From assembly GCA_012295275.1 (NCBI GenBank), contig CM022667.1, forward strand, positions 13,454,001 through 13,518,000: a stretch of DNA of 64,000 nt, given 5' to 3'. The DNA comes from Chrysomallon squamiferum. Its lineage: Eukaryota > Animalia > Mollusca. Of the stretch, positions 45,813 to 60,349 are shown piece after piece. The position numbers and the translations under genes were made by a program. Numbering within the stretch: the first letter of the stretch is position 1; each line of letters begins with the position of its first letter. Under the pieces are notes generated by a model that saw only the letters and a program-made list of their open reading frames with translations, made no database searches and was not told the DNA's origin.

Positions 45813-47407
45813 ATATATATAAAGCAACACAAATAAAAATTTAAAGCAAGAAAAAAAAAAATCATTTATGTGTGTATTTACTTAGTTTTTTTCAATAACT
45901 AATAAATGTATTTTGCAAGCAACTGCAGAAGTGATTACAAACTTATGTAAAACACGATCCAAATTTACAAGGACAACTGAACAATTTGCTCTTTTCTGGA
46001 GCATGTATTAAGCAAAAGTGTGCATAGTACAGACTCTACTTGACTGCCTTTCTAACTGTATGCCTTTTTGATACATGACCATTGGCACGTATGATTACTG
46101 GGCATAAAGCTGTTTATTGTCAGAAACTAATGTGATTTTGTGTATTGTTCGAAACCAGTGTATTGCTGTATAGTGTTAAAACAAGGAAAAAATAGTTTGA
46201 CTAGTCAATAAATCAATAACTATAATATCACAGAAACAGAATATATACTTAAATATATGCACTGACGTCAATTTACGAATAGCAAGAAGATGACAGTAAA
46301 TATGGCAAATTACAAAATAACAACGAGGGATTTTTCATTAAAATAATAATAATCGTAATATAATAAAGATTCCCAATAACATAATAAATAAAATATAGGC
46401 AATATAAACACTGAATATCTCATATAGTTTTTAACAAATAAACACGTATTCCATACCAAAATGAAACTTTTCATGAGTTCCAGAATTCCAATTAATTAAT
46501 TATAGCATTAATTTGCTCAAACGTACCTTACGCCTTAATTATATCTCAAAGATTCTACAGAAACAGTATAGAAAATTATTTAAAATGGAACAAAAAAAAA
46601 AAAATCAAACGTTAGCGAAAAAATATGAGTTAAACATGGAACCCTGGATTTGACATTTATTGCAAAACTGATATCACGGAAAATTTCATGGATTTTCAAT
46701 TACTTTTTTGAACTATAAACAAATGGATAAAACGTGCAAAAAAACACGTGTCACATTTGTGCAAATCATCGTGGATTTCATGCGGATTTCACGTGAAACA
46801 CACTCGTGTTTTCGGCACATTATGTCACGTGTTTTCCACGTGTCAGTGTCGTGAGGGATTATGTTATGTTAGAAAATATGAATGAGTTCTTTCAAATCTA
46901 TTTATTAAATCACAAAGCAAAATATTAACAAAACACTACTGAAATGTCGATACTTGAAAACCAACAAAGATTACACCTTGATCCTAATTAAATTTAGATT
47001 TTCTTTATATACTTATCTTTTCACAATTTATTTAATCGTCTCTGTTAATATACATGTAGTCAATATATAAACTATTCAATACAGCTATACTTATTTATAT
47101 TATAAAAGATTTCATTGATTTTTTGTCAGTCTATTTTTCTGCACGTCATAAAAAAAAAAAAAAAAAAAAAAAAATCCATAGTATGCCAGAGTACAAAAAT
47201 TAATGTTGTTTGTCATCAGATATTTGATAACATTCTCATTAATACAACACAAGACACATTGTCTCAAATCGTGGACTTGTCTATTCGAATTTGTTTCTCC
47301 TGGAAAGATAATCAATAATCAATATTCAGTCCGAACCAAATACAGATACTCAGTTTGGCATTATTTTGCCGGACAGTTTGGTTGAAATTCTTTCATACTT
47401 GCCAGAG

Positions 47408-47743
47408 ATGGATTATTCACCATTTGTTTTGCTGGTATCGTTTGTAATCTGTTGCCATAGTAACGAGAGGTAGGTAATATCTGTTTTTATATATTGTTAA
47501 CTATATCTGAGGATATAGATAAAATTTACAACGAATATAATTCTTTGATATTGCAATAAGAGAAATCGGCCGTTATAAAATCAAATCAAACCAAACAGAA
47601 ATTAATTTTTCGTTACTTTATTTTAAATTTCTTTTACTGTTAATAGTAGAGTGGTCGTTATGGTAGGTAAAAATAAACAAAATATTCAGAGATGGTGATA
47701 ATGTAACCAAACTAATCTATCTTTACTAATTCAAATATTATTA

Positions 47744-47804
<61 letters not shown>

Positions 47805-49144
47805 CACAGGTGCAACACGAAAATGATGTGGATAAAAAATCCTGATTTTGAAAATATTGAGATAACCAAGGCTCTCATATCTTCTGCTGAAAAGATCACA
47901 TCACAAAAGGATTGTGGGATACGATGCGCAGATAATTCTTCCTGTATTTGGTTTTCGTACAACGTGTATGGAACGTGTCGTCTGCATTATTTGAGATTTA
48001 TAAATTCAGCAAGCTTTTCAGCTTCACCTGGCTGGACGCACTTTTACCTGAGTGCAGGTACAAATACACACACTCACACACGCACACATTCAAAATACCT
48101 TAAATTCATTATAGACACACACACACACACACACACACAGACACACACAAATATTTTAAAAAAAAAATACTTTTAATTAATTTAAATTAACACACTCACA
48201 AAAAAGACAGTAATAAAATTTTTTAAATATATATATATTTTTATAATTATTATTACTGTCTTTCTGTGTGTGTGTTTCAATTAATTTAAAGTATTTTTTT
48301 AATATTTGTGTGTGGTTCTGTGTGAGTGTGTCTGTATATATATAAATATTTACTTTTCTAAGATTGTAAAGAAATTACTAAAACCATCCTTGTAACAAAA
48401 ATTAGTCCATACTTGACTTTACTGTAAGTATTATTCTTAATTCTGAAAACAAATTATAATTTTAAAAACCTTTTTAGAAATTATTATCATTTCCTGGCAG
48501 GTTCCTGTCCAGTGGGAGATGGGTTTGTTTATCTGGACAAACTGAATCTATGTTTCAAAGTGTTCAGCGATCAGAAAACATTTTCTGAAGCACGTGACGC
48601 CTGCAGTCAGATAGGTTCAAGACTGATTGTACTGGACACAGAAGAGAAAAACACGGCTGTTGGTGACCACATACATGCAAACATAGGTAGGAAGATAAAT
48701 ATTGATATACAACTACTACTGCTAAATCTACAACTATTTCATTCGCTTGACAACGAAAGCTTCTATAATAAATGCGGTATTTTTCACCAGTTGTAACTAA
48801 ATACATTTTTCAGTGATTGTTATTATTATTGTTATTATTATTATTGTTATTTTTGTTGTCGTTGTCTGTGTCGCTGTTGTTATTGTCATTGGTATTTTTA
48901 TTAGTTCTGTTATTATTATTCAGACACAGGTGAATATATATACATCGGACTGACTGATGCTGTTACAGAAGACGTGTATGTTTGGGAGAACGGAGTTCAA
49001 GCAGTGTTTTTCAACTGGGGAACTGGCGAACCTCACAATAATAATTTGAACGAGGACTGCGTTATGTTACGTTTTCCTTTAAACACATGGCACGATGTCT
49101 TGTGTTCTAGAAAAGAAAATTACATATGTGAGAAACCAATGTGA
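47408..49144 (+). CDS. A6: secreted PAN/Apple + C-type lectin (EPH/WHD)
   Basis: Exons 47408-47469 (MDYSPFVLLVSFVICCHSNER), 47810-48057, 48501-48686, 48924-49144; GT-AG introns, open frame. Confidence 0.93.
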
Positions 49145-49195
49145 TTTTCTATAGTATTGAATCCAACTCAGATACTGTTACAATGAAACTAACAA

Positions 49196-49486
49196 ATTGA
49201 GAAAGTGATAGGGTTGCATGTATGGACTCGTGCATGTCCCCTACACAATCCTTCAAGGAATTTTGAAATAAGACAATGCCTTGTAGGAACCCCATCGCCC
49301 TTAAATGTTTGCCATCTATGTACGTTTTTATAGTAGGTGGGGCTAATTGCTGTAATGACAGGAAAGCAGTGAAATGTTTTAAGTGATCCACAAGAACTGG
49401 CCGTAGTAGAGACAGCAGAACTTTTCTCATGTACTCTAGGTTTTCTATTCCTGACATGCATAATAACCAGAGCTGATTGTCTATTA
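49196..49486 (-). mobile_element. Duplicated fragment of the DIRS-order tyrosine-recombinase relic
   Basis: Near-identical to 57430-57732 (HFTAFLSLQQLAPPTIKTYI...FLEGLCRG), with a small deletion. Confidence 0.8.
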
Positions 49487-49786
49487 TATAGTAATATTTC
49501 TCTGTTAAAATGTAAAAAGCAATACAAGTATTGTTCGATTGGCTGTTTCGTGTACATTGAAATAAATATAAAAACAAAACAATCACAGTGAAAGTGGACG
49601 CCAGCTTTATTCTGTTGATACCAACAATCGTGACTAATACTATGGTAGTTATTATAATGAATAAAAATACTGACTTCTTATGTGCCAGTACCCATGGAAA
49701 ATGTAAAATAAATAAGTAAATAAACAGAAGAAGATTACCATTGATGATGATGATGATGACGACAATAATGTTAATGATAACAGGGC

Positions 49787-49893
<107 letters not shown>

Positions 49894-51018
49894 ACAAATA
49901 AAATTCTACGAAACTAAGCTACTAACTAGAATCAAACATTAGAAAGAGTTAAACTAGAAAACGTTTAGACAGAAATTTAACTTTAGCAAAAATGTGGTAG
50001 GAAGCCAAAGCACACGAGTTGATTCAGTATAATTGTTGCAGTCTCCCAAAGAGTTTAATTTTTAATGACAACATTTATTAACATTCGACTCTATCTGATA
50101 ATCAATAAAGGTAAATAGAAAACAAACAATTACTGTAAAAGTGGACGTCAGCTTTCCTCTATTGATATCAACGATCGTGACTAATGTTATGGTAAAGAAC
50201 AATTGTTTTCTTATACAGTATTGGATTCTCATAGAAAATGTAAAATAAATAAATATCGAGAAGAAAAATTAATTCTGACTAACGTGTTGCTAATGATGAT
50301 ACTCAGAAAACACATTTTTCTTATGTAGTATATGGTACTGGTATAACTACATATATTTCAATGAACAACAGAGCAAACCATTAGTATTCAAAATTCACAA
50401 TTGGAATTTAATTTTTAATCATGCAGAAAGAGGTGTAAATGTATAGAAAATCAATGAATCAGTGTAAACCAATATTTGATTTCACAAAAGTCATTTACGT
50501 CAAATGTAATTTTATACTGGTTATAGTTCTTTCTTTCCTTCCTTGTTGTTTTGACTTGTTTTGATAGTGTTTTCCTTTTTTTTTTATTTGTTTCTTAGTT
50601 TGTTCATTTTTATTATTACATTATGTTTATTTATATTTTGTATATATATTTTTTAAAGGATTTATTTCTAATTAGTAGATTTTTTATTTGCTTTGTTATT
50701 CATTTTTTTTTGTTTTGTTTTTCTCTTTCTACTTTTTTTTTCTTGCTGCCTGATTCTGCTTTATTTATTTTAAGTTAGTTTTCTTTAGTGTGGTTAGTTA
50801 CTGTTATTGTTATTGCTGCAGCGTTTTTACCTCTGAAGATATATGAATAAATTTAACTCAGATATCTGCAATTTACTCGGAAGACTGCTGAAGTAAATAC
50901 ATTTTATATAATTCTAATTTCCTACTAGAAGTTAATATGTGAATGTTTTTCCTGTTTCTAGAAGGCGATTTTATTTTTATTTTCTATAAGATAAATATAA
51001 CTTTTCCTTTTAAACATG

Positions 51019-51078
<60 letters not shown>

Positions 51079-52462
51079 AACAAGGAAAACATTCAAAAGA
51101 TAATTTCTACTTGATTTGGTTTTATTTTATAAGAACAGATGAGAAAGCTTTTCATTTTAATTATTAAGTTTTCTACTTATAACTGACAGTTCATCTTATG
51201 AAACTGCGTGAAACTTAGGCTAATAATCATATCAAATATGACATATAATAAAATATATTATTGTATTTCATTTTTTTTTTTATTTGTTGTTTCTTCTTCT
51301 TATTTATTTATTTTTTTTATTTTTTTTATTTTTTTATTTTTCAAATATTATCCTTCTGCTTCACTTTTCTTCCTCAATTTTGTTTTTCGTGTTTCTTGTT
51401 TCTGCTGTATTTATTTTTATTCAATTTACTTTAGTGTCGCTTCTTTTATGGTTGCTATTGTCGTTGTAGAGATTATGAAATTTATTCGGATGCCTGCTTA
51501 AATAAATAAATAAATTTGATAAAATACATATTCCCAGCTGGAGATGAATATATTCAGGTTGTTGATGTTATTATTAATCATCTAGAATGGGATACAGTCA
51601 GTTGTGTCAATGTGTTTCTACTACTTTATTTCATGTTTTTGTTTCTTTTTGAGGAGTTTTATTTTTAAATATTATTCTCCTGTCTTACTTTAAATATGAA
51701 TTATTATTAGTAGTTCTATTACTATTTGTAGTAGTATTTGTTGTTGTGGTCGCGGTTGCTGTTGCAATTGTAGTACAAGAAACAGAGATGTTTGTTTTTG
51801 CTAGTCTTTGTTTGTTTCTTTGTTTTAGTATGTATCGATTTACTGCCTTTTCCTAAAGTCATCACTGTTACGTTCTATTTTGTCAGATGTAAATATATAA
51901 ACTATCATTTGTTAATTTGAATTTTGTTTATTTCTATTTCTCATGTATCTGTTGTAATTAACGATTTAAAAGTTTAATAAGATTTATTTTAGTTCTGAGT
52001 AACCTTCCTTCATTAAATATTTCATTTAATTATAAAATGATGGAAACAAATGCTGATTAATACCTACTTACAAACTGGTTACGTTTAATGTAATCAGAAG
52101 TAAGAAGGAATTCACTTTCATTTTTTGCATTGTTTATGCTGACATGTGTTTAGTAGAGCAGAAACACTGAACATTTAATTAATTAATTGTAACTTTTGAA
52201 CTACAACTATTCCTACTCTGAATTTTTTATTCATGAAATGCTCTTGACGACGAAACATTTTGATGAAGGAATGAGTAACTCTGTTTTAGACAACTATTTT
52301 ATTTTAATCAACCTCATCATAACCATTAGAATCATGATAATAATGATGATTGTCGTCAGAATCTATAAATTACTGGTTCTTAAAAGATTAAAAAAATGAA
52401 TGATCTGATTTCGTTAGTTTCATCTGTAACAATATCAGATTTGCATTCAGTAATACAGAAAA

Positions 52463-53377
52463 TCACATTGGTTTCTCACAAATGTAATTTCCTTTTGTAG
52501 AACAGACAAAATCATGCCATGTGTTCCACGGAAAACGTAACATAACGCAGTCCTCGTTCAAATTATTATTGTGAGGTTCGCCAGTTCCCCAGTTGAAGAA
52601 CACTGCTTGATTTCCGTCCTCCCAAACATACACGTCTTCTGTAACTTCATCAGTCAGTCCGATGTATATGTATTCATTTGTGTCTGAACAATTAGACCAA
52701 CAATAGAAATAATAAAAGTACCAAGGACATAAAAAACAACAACAACAATATCAATAATAAAGTAATATAATAATAACAATAACAATAATAATCATATTAA
52801 TGTAATGATACTGCGTTTAGTTACAACTGGTAAAAAAATACCGTATTTGTTACACAAGCTTTTGTTGTCAAAGTAAGTCAGATAGTTGTGTATTAGTAGT
52901 AGTAGTAGTAGTTATATGTCAATATATATATATATATATATGTTCCTACCTATGTTTGCTTGGATGTAGTCACCAACAGCTGTATTTTTCTGTTCTGTGT
53001 CCAGTACAATCAGTCTTGAACCTATCTGACTGCAGGCGACACGTGCTTCAGACAATATTTTCTGATCGCTGACTACTTTGAAACATAGATTCAGTTTGTC
53101 CAGATAAACAAACCCATCTTCCACTGGACAGGAACCTGCCAAGAAATTATGATAATTTAGAAAAAGTTTTTAAAATAATAATTTGTTTTCAGAATTAAGA
53201 ATAATACTTATATTAAAGCCATATACGGACTAATTTTGTATACAAGAATAGGTCTAGAAATTTATTTAGAATCCAACGAATTTATTTACAGTCATTTTTT
53301 TTCGTCTTTCTCTGTGTGTGTGTGTGTGCTTATTGAATTTAAATACTTTTTAATGTGCGTGTGTGTGTGTGTGTGTA

Positions 53378-53414
<37 letters not shown>

Positions 53415-54447
53415 AATTTTCTACCTGCCCTAAGGTAAAAGTGAGTCCAGCCAGGTGAAGCTGAAAAGCTTGCTGAATTTATAAATCTCAAATAATGCAG
53501 ACGACAAATTCCATACACATTGTACGAAAACCAAATACAGGAAGAATTATCTGCACATCGTATCCCACAATGGCCTTGCGATGTAATTCTTTCAGCAGAA
53601 GATATGAGAGCCTGGTTTATCTCAAAATTCTCAAAATTAGTATTTTTTATCCACATCATTGTCTCGTTGCATCTGTGATAACAACAACAACAACAACAAT
53701 AATAATAATAGTAACATCGGTTGTAGTAATGATGACTTGATGATAATGAGACCGGTGGCGATAATGATGATGATAATGATCATGGTTATTATAGTTGTTA
53801 TTATCACATTAACATCATCATTAATATTATTAGTGTTGTTATCGTAATGATTATCATTATCATTACTATTACTACTACTACTACTGATACTGCTACTACT
53901 ACTGTTACTACCAATACTATTATTATTACTCAGAGAAAAGAATACATTTCACAAAAGAAAATTAAAACAATGAAAATGAAATCGTATAATAATAATAGTA
54001 ACATCGGTTGTAGTAATGATGACTTGATGATAATGAGACCGGTGGCGATGATGATGATGATGATGATCATGGCTATTATAGTTATTATCACATTAACATC
54101 ATCATTAATATTATTAGTGTTGTTATCGTAATGATTATCATTATCATTACTATTACTACTACTACTACTGATACTGCTACTACTACTACTACTACCAATA
54201 CTATTATTATTACTCAGAGAAAAGAATACATTTCACAAAAGAAAATTAAAACAATGAAAATGAAATCGTATTTGATATTATAACGACAGATTTCTCTTAC
54301 ACAATATATCACAATTATCTTCATTGTCAGTTTTGTCTCAATTCTCTGATATAGTTAACAATATATAAAAAGAGATATTACATACCTCTCATTACTATGG
54401 CAACAGATTACGAACGCTACAAACCAAATAAATATAGAGTACTGCAT
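52463..54447 (-). CDS. A7: secreted PAN/Apple + C-type lectin (EPH/WHD)
   Basis: Exons 54386-54447 (MQYSIFIWFVAFVICCHSNER), 53425-53672, 52950-53135, 52463-52683; GT-AG introns, open frame. Intron 1 carries an ~285-bp tandem duplication (53700-54270). Confidence 0.92.
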
Positions 54448-54745
54448 CTCTCACAAACATGAACGGATTTCAACCAAACTGACCGCTATAATAATTTGTA
54501 CTAGATTATATGTATCTGTATTTAGTTCGGATTAAATATTGATAATCTTTCCAACAAAAGCAGACAGCTACGAGTTTAAACATTGTGATTGGGTGTTGTA
54601 TTAATAACAACACAATCAAACGCCTGAAAACACTTCGTGTCAATTGTTGTCTGGCATACTATCCAATTTCTTTTTCTATAACGTGCAGAAAAATATAATG
54701 ACAAAATTAATTATCAGTATCGCTGGCTGTTATTCGATTTTTTAA

Positions 54746-54814
<69 letters not shown>

Positions 54815-55038
54815 TGTAGTATTTCCATGAGAGATTAAATGAATCGTAAAAATGTTAACAAATTCAGAAAATTAAAATTTAATTAGGAACAATGTATAAA
54901 TGTGTTTTGCTTTTTCAAATACTGACATTTTACTGATCAATAATCAATATTCAGTCCGAACCAAATACAGATACTCACTGCGTAGTACAAATTATTACAC
55001 CGGACAGTTTGGTTGAAATTCTTTCATGCTTGCGAGAG

Positions 55039-55366
55039 ATGGATTATTCACCATTTATTTTTCTGGTAACGTTTGTAATCTGTTGCCATAGTAACGAGAG
55101 GTAGGTAATATCTGTTTTTGTATATTGTTAACTATATCTGAGGATAGAGATAAAATTTACAACGAATATAATTCTTTGATATTGCATTAAGAGAAATCTG
55201 TCGTTATAAAATGAAATCAAACCAAACAGAAATTAATTTTTCGTAACTTTATTTTAAATTTCCTTTACTGTTAATAGTAGAGTGGTGGTTATCGTAGGTA
55301 AAAATAAACAAAATATTCCGAGATGGTGATAATGTAACCAAACTAACCTATCTTTACTAATTCAAA

Positions 55367-55438
<72 letters not shown>

Positions 55439-55895
55439 CACAGGTGCAACACGAAAATGATGTGGATAAAAAATCCTGATTTTGAAAATATTGAGATAAC
55501 CAAGGCTCTCATATCTTCTGCTGAAACAATCACATCACAAAAGGATTGTGGGATACGATGCGCAGATAATTCTTCCTGTATTTGGTTTTCGTACAACGTG
55601 TATGGAACTTGTCGTCTGCATTATTTGAGATTTATAAATTCAGCAAGCTTTTCAGCTTCACCTGGCTGGACGCACTTTTACCTGAGTGCAGGTACAAACA
55701 CACACAGACACACGCACACGCACACACAAACAAAATACCTTAAATTCATTAAAGACACACACACAGAGACACATACACAAAAGGATTTTTCGATAAATAC
55801 TTTGAATTAATTGAAACACTCACAGAAAGACAGTAATAATAATTTTATAGTATATATATATTTTTTAAATTATTATTACTTTTTCTATTTTTAAT

Positions 55896-55936
<41 letters not shown>

Positions 55937-56741
55937 CATACAGACATACACATTTCTAGGATTGTAAAGAAATTACTAAAACTATCCTTGTAACAAAAAT
56001 TAGCCGATATTTGACTTTACTGTTAGTGTTATTCTTAATTCTGAAAACGAATTATGGTTTTAAAAACGTTTTAGCAATTATTATCATTTCCTGAAAGGTT
56101 CCTGTCCAGTGGAAGATGGGTTTGTTTATCTGGACAAACTGAATCTCTGTTTCAAAGTGTTCAGCGATAAGAAAACTTTTTCTGAAGCACGTGACGCCTG
56201 CAGTCAGATAGGTTCAAGACTAATTGTACTGGACACAGAAGAGAAAAACACAGCTGTCGGTGACCACATCCAAGCAAACATAGGTAGGAACATAGCTATT
56301 TATATACAACTACTACTGCTAAATCTACAATTATTTCATTTACTTGACAACAAAATCTTCTATAATAAATACGGTATATTTTACCAGTTGTAACTAAATA
56401 CATTTTCAAGTGATTGTTATTATTACTGTTATTGTTATTATTGTTATTGTTGTTGTTGTCGTCGTTGTCGCTGTTTTTATTGTCGTTGGTATTTTTTTTA
56501 CTCCTGCTATTATTATTCAGAAACAGATGAATATTTATACATCGGACTGACTGATGTTGTTACAGAAGACGTGTATGTTTGGGAGGACGGAAATCAGGCA
56601 GTGTTTTTCAACTGGGGAACCAATGAACCTCACAATAGTAACGGTAACGAGGACTGTGTTGCGTTACGTTTTGCTTTAAACACATGGCATGATGTCTTCT
56701 GTTCTACCAGACTAAATTATATTTGTGAGGAACCAATGTGA
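55039..56741 (+). CDS. A8: secreted PAN/Apple + C-type lectin (EPH/WHD)
   Basis: Exons 55039-55100 (MDYSPFIFLVTFVICCHSNER), 55444-55691, 56098-56283, 56521-56741; GT-AG introns, open frame. Confidence 0.93.
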
Positions 56742-57074
56742 CTCTTTGTATTATTAAAAGTAAATGAGATACTGTTACAATGAAACTAACAAAATGAGTT
56801 CATTCATTTTTTAAATCTTTAATGAATGAGTAATTTATCAGTTCTGACACAATGATGATTCTGATGGATATGATTTGGTTGATTAAAATAAAATAGGTCT
56901 CTAAAACAGAGTTATTCATTCCTTCATCAAAATGTTTCGTCGTCAAGAGCATTTCATGAATTAAAAATTCAGAGCAGGAATAGTCGTACTTCAAAAGCTA
57001 AAATTAATTATTTAAATTTTCAGTGTTTCTGCTCTACTAGAAACATGTCAACAAAATCAATGGAAAAAACGTAA

Positions 57075-58560
57075 GAGATGGTTTAATTAGGGCAGTTGTA
57101 GATTGGGAAACTTGGCATCACAACTGATTAGCATTTGAGTTTCACGAGAATTCACAACTGTCGAGATACAGTAGACAGCCATTACCTTTTTGATCATTGT
57201 TCGCTTTCCCCATTTGAGAAGTTTCAGCTGGTAGGGTCGTTTTTCTTCAGTTGTAACCTTGAATGCAGCATCCCCAAATGTTCTGTTCCTTTTTCCCCTG
57301 GCGCTCTGGCTATTATTTCTCCCACCTGTAAAAATACAGAGAACGCCATTTTGAAAAGGGTTGCAAATAAATCGGCTTCAAACTGAGATAAAGAAATAAT
57401 AGATATTGGAGCCACAATTTTCTCCAAAATTGAGAAAGTGATAGGGTTGCATGTATGGACTCGTGCATGTCCCCTACACAATCCTTCAAGGAATTTTGAA
57501 ATAAGACAATGCCTTGTAGGAACCCCATCGCCCTTAAATGTTTGCCATTTACTGGTCCCACTAATATACGTTTTTATAGTAGGTGGGGCTAATTGCTGTA
57601 ATGACAGGAAAGCAGTGAAATGTTTTAAGTGATCCACAAGAACTGGCCGTAGTGAAGACAACAGAACTTTTCTCATATACTCTAGCTTTTCTATTCCTGA
57701 CATGCATAATAACCAGAGCTGATTGTCTATTAACCCCCCATAACGAAATTTCCGTGTGTCTGGCCTTCTTTATTCGGAATTGTTCATCTTAACATGGCAT
57801 GAATTTCTTATGTCGGCTAACATCCTAATATCCCTTAAATATTTCAAGAGTTGTTGACTGTCTTGGACGGTACATTACAATAACATAAATAAAAATGACA
57901 GCCCGATGTCAACAGGTGGATTGATGGAAAGCAACCTCCCTTTTCCCTGTTTTTGACCACTAGTTTCCCCTCCTTCAATACGAGGTCGCCTACGCCACCC
58001 TGACTAGCTTCCATTTCCTGGCCGGACTTACACACGTCAACATGTTCCCCATCCTAAATTATTTGCCGACATTTTTGCGATACACTGAGCCCTAGCTCGT
58101 CAAATGTACCGACTATTAATGACGGAGACAAAATATCTACGTACTCAAGTTAAAATTGCCAGTATCCGACTGACCGTTTTCCACCTGTCGTTCCATTCTG
58201 AAACAATCGTGGAATCATCCATGGCCCTTTGTCTTCGTCCTCGCTGTTGAGACGGCTCGGTCGTCAAAAAACGAGAACGCTGGTTGATCCTCCGCTTCGA
58301 TCTGCCTACATTTTTCTGGGCAGACACTTTCCTTTTCTTTTGCTTTTCAGACAATATCAGCCGTTTTTCTAATTGAAAAAAGGCTGGATGGCATTGAATG
58401 AAAAAAGCAAGTAAATGTTTTCCCCTCGAGGCTGAAATGGGGTTTGAATGAAAGAGATTGTATTGTATAGGCTATTCAACTAGAGTTAATTCCCTTTGAC
58501 CATTGCCTCCCCTGCAACCATTTATCACTACCACACAGCTAGCTGTATTTTCCTGACATT
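57075..58560 (-). mobile_element. Decayed DIRS-order (DIRS/Ngaro-like) tyrosine-recombinase retroelement
   Basis: ORF 57224-57703 resembles the YR N-terminus (LAPPTIKTYISG..PIT..LF..AF..FLQVGE; the catalytic R of LRxxE is replaced). Gag-like LKYLRDIRMLAD..DEQFRIKKARH..W at 57735-57847. GC content is higher than the flanks. No RT seen; boundaries are approximate. Confidence 0.75.
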
Positions 58561-58804
58561 AAATGGGATTATAAGGTATTACGAATAATCTGTACTAACA
58601 CCAAACGTCAGACACAGAAACGTGTATAAAAAGTTTCACATTCGTTTCTAATAGTAATCTACAGTTTTAACTAATCCAAATCAGTTGCCCTTGACATTTC
58701 TATACAGGTATTTTTTTCCATAAATTTTTATTAATTCGGAATCATTTTTTGTAGGAGGAGGTCATCTTATTTTGTTGTAGTTGTTGTTTTTGTTGTTGTT
58801 GTTG

Positions 58805-58862
<58 letters not shown>

Positions 58863-58889
58863 CTGGTATACTACTATTTATATTATTAT

Positions 58890-58950
<61 letters not shown>

Positions 58951-60081
58951 TTTAATTAAAGAGAAAAACAACAAACCAACCTAAAAGCTCTCTGTATTTA
59001 TGAATTAGAGCTAAAATAAAAACAAAAAAGGTTCTAAAAAATACATCGACTTGTAAACCAGTGTAGGTACCTTTAAAATTCAGGCACATCGACATAACAT
59101 TAGAGAGATTGTTTTTCTTTCTTTTTTTAAATTAATGTTGTGAATATCAGTTCAGATGTTGATTATTTTATTCGTAAATGAATAGAGAAAGATATTGATT
59201 TAAGGAACAATTGTTTGTAATATATAGTACACTGATTTGCGTAAATAATTTATTTCTCTCTCTATTTTTTTTATGTGATTATTATTATTTTTCTGCTTAA
59301 TCTTTACTTCATGATTAACATTCGTAGTAGTAGCGTGAATAATAGAAGTACAAACAATTAAGTAAGCATTATAAATATTAGTAACAGTAACGTAATTAGT
59401 AGTGGTGGTAACAGAAGCAGTGACGTAAATAGCAGAACCAGTAGTAGTAGCGATAACAGTAACACAAGTAGTAGGAGTAGTAAGTAGTATAGCAATAACG
59501 TAATTAGAAGTAGTGGCAGTGGTGTAGTAGTAGTAGTAGCAGCAACTGTAGTAGTAGTAGTAGTAGTAGCAGTAATAGTAGTAGTGGTAGTAGAAGGATT
59601 AGAAGCAATTGTAGTAGTAGGAGTAGTAGCAGCAATTGTAGTAGTAGGAGTAGTAGCAGTAATAGTAGTAATGGTAGTAGAAGGATTCGTGTTTTTCCTC
59701 TCCCTTTAGAAGTGAATATTTAATTATGTGTGAACGAATCAAAGGTTTTGGTTGAATTGTCAGTATCAAGTATAACAGAAGCAGTACAGTTGTAATCGGT
59801 TCATCTGTTATTTTCTTCATATTACCTCCCTTGTGCTCGCTATATGTTTATTCTTGTTATAAATATTTCATTTTTGATTTGAATAGCGATAGATACGCTT
59901 CGTGGGAGTGGACTGAAAAGTATTTAACTTGTTTATAGCTTGGATTCTTTCAACAACATCGGTAGACAGACACACAGAAACACAGACGTGCTGTTATTAG
60001 CTGTTTTTCATTTCTTCAGTATATTTGAAAGTGCTCACCACTTAGATGTATTTTAAACTGATAGTGTTTCTCTTTTTTTTT

Positions 60082-60112
<31 letters not shown>

Positions 60113-60292
60113 CTGAAGTCACAGTGATCAGAACTGGTAATCATTACTACGTTGATAATTTTATATATACTAATTTTAACGAGATATTGTGTTTTATTTG
60201 TTCCTTTCGAGATTTTATTTTTATTATAAAAAGAACATCTGACCTTTTGATATAATTTGTTTGATCTTTTACTAGCAACTGCTGCAGCAGTG

Positions 60293-60349
<57 letters not shown>

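Larger units (their letters stand above)
38963..49486 (+). repeat. Unit 1 of a tandem segmental duplication (A5 + orphan exons + A6); unit 2 is ~49487-57732 (A7 + A8)
   Basis: 38965-44022 aligns with 49487-54936; 47310-49195 with 54937-56795; 49196-49486 with 57430-57732. Confidence 0.9.

Noticed and set aside
57224-57703. Domesticated recombinase that shuffles lectin exons
   Set aside because: Truncated, catalytic Arg replaced, the C-terminal H-x-x-R and Tyr motifs are not seen, and no recombination signal sequences flank the exons.
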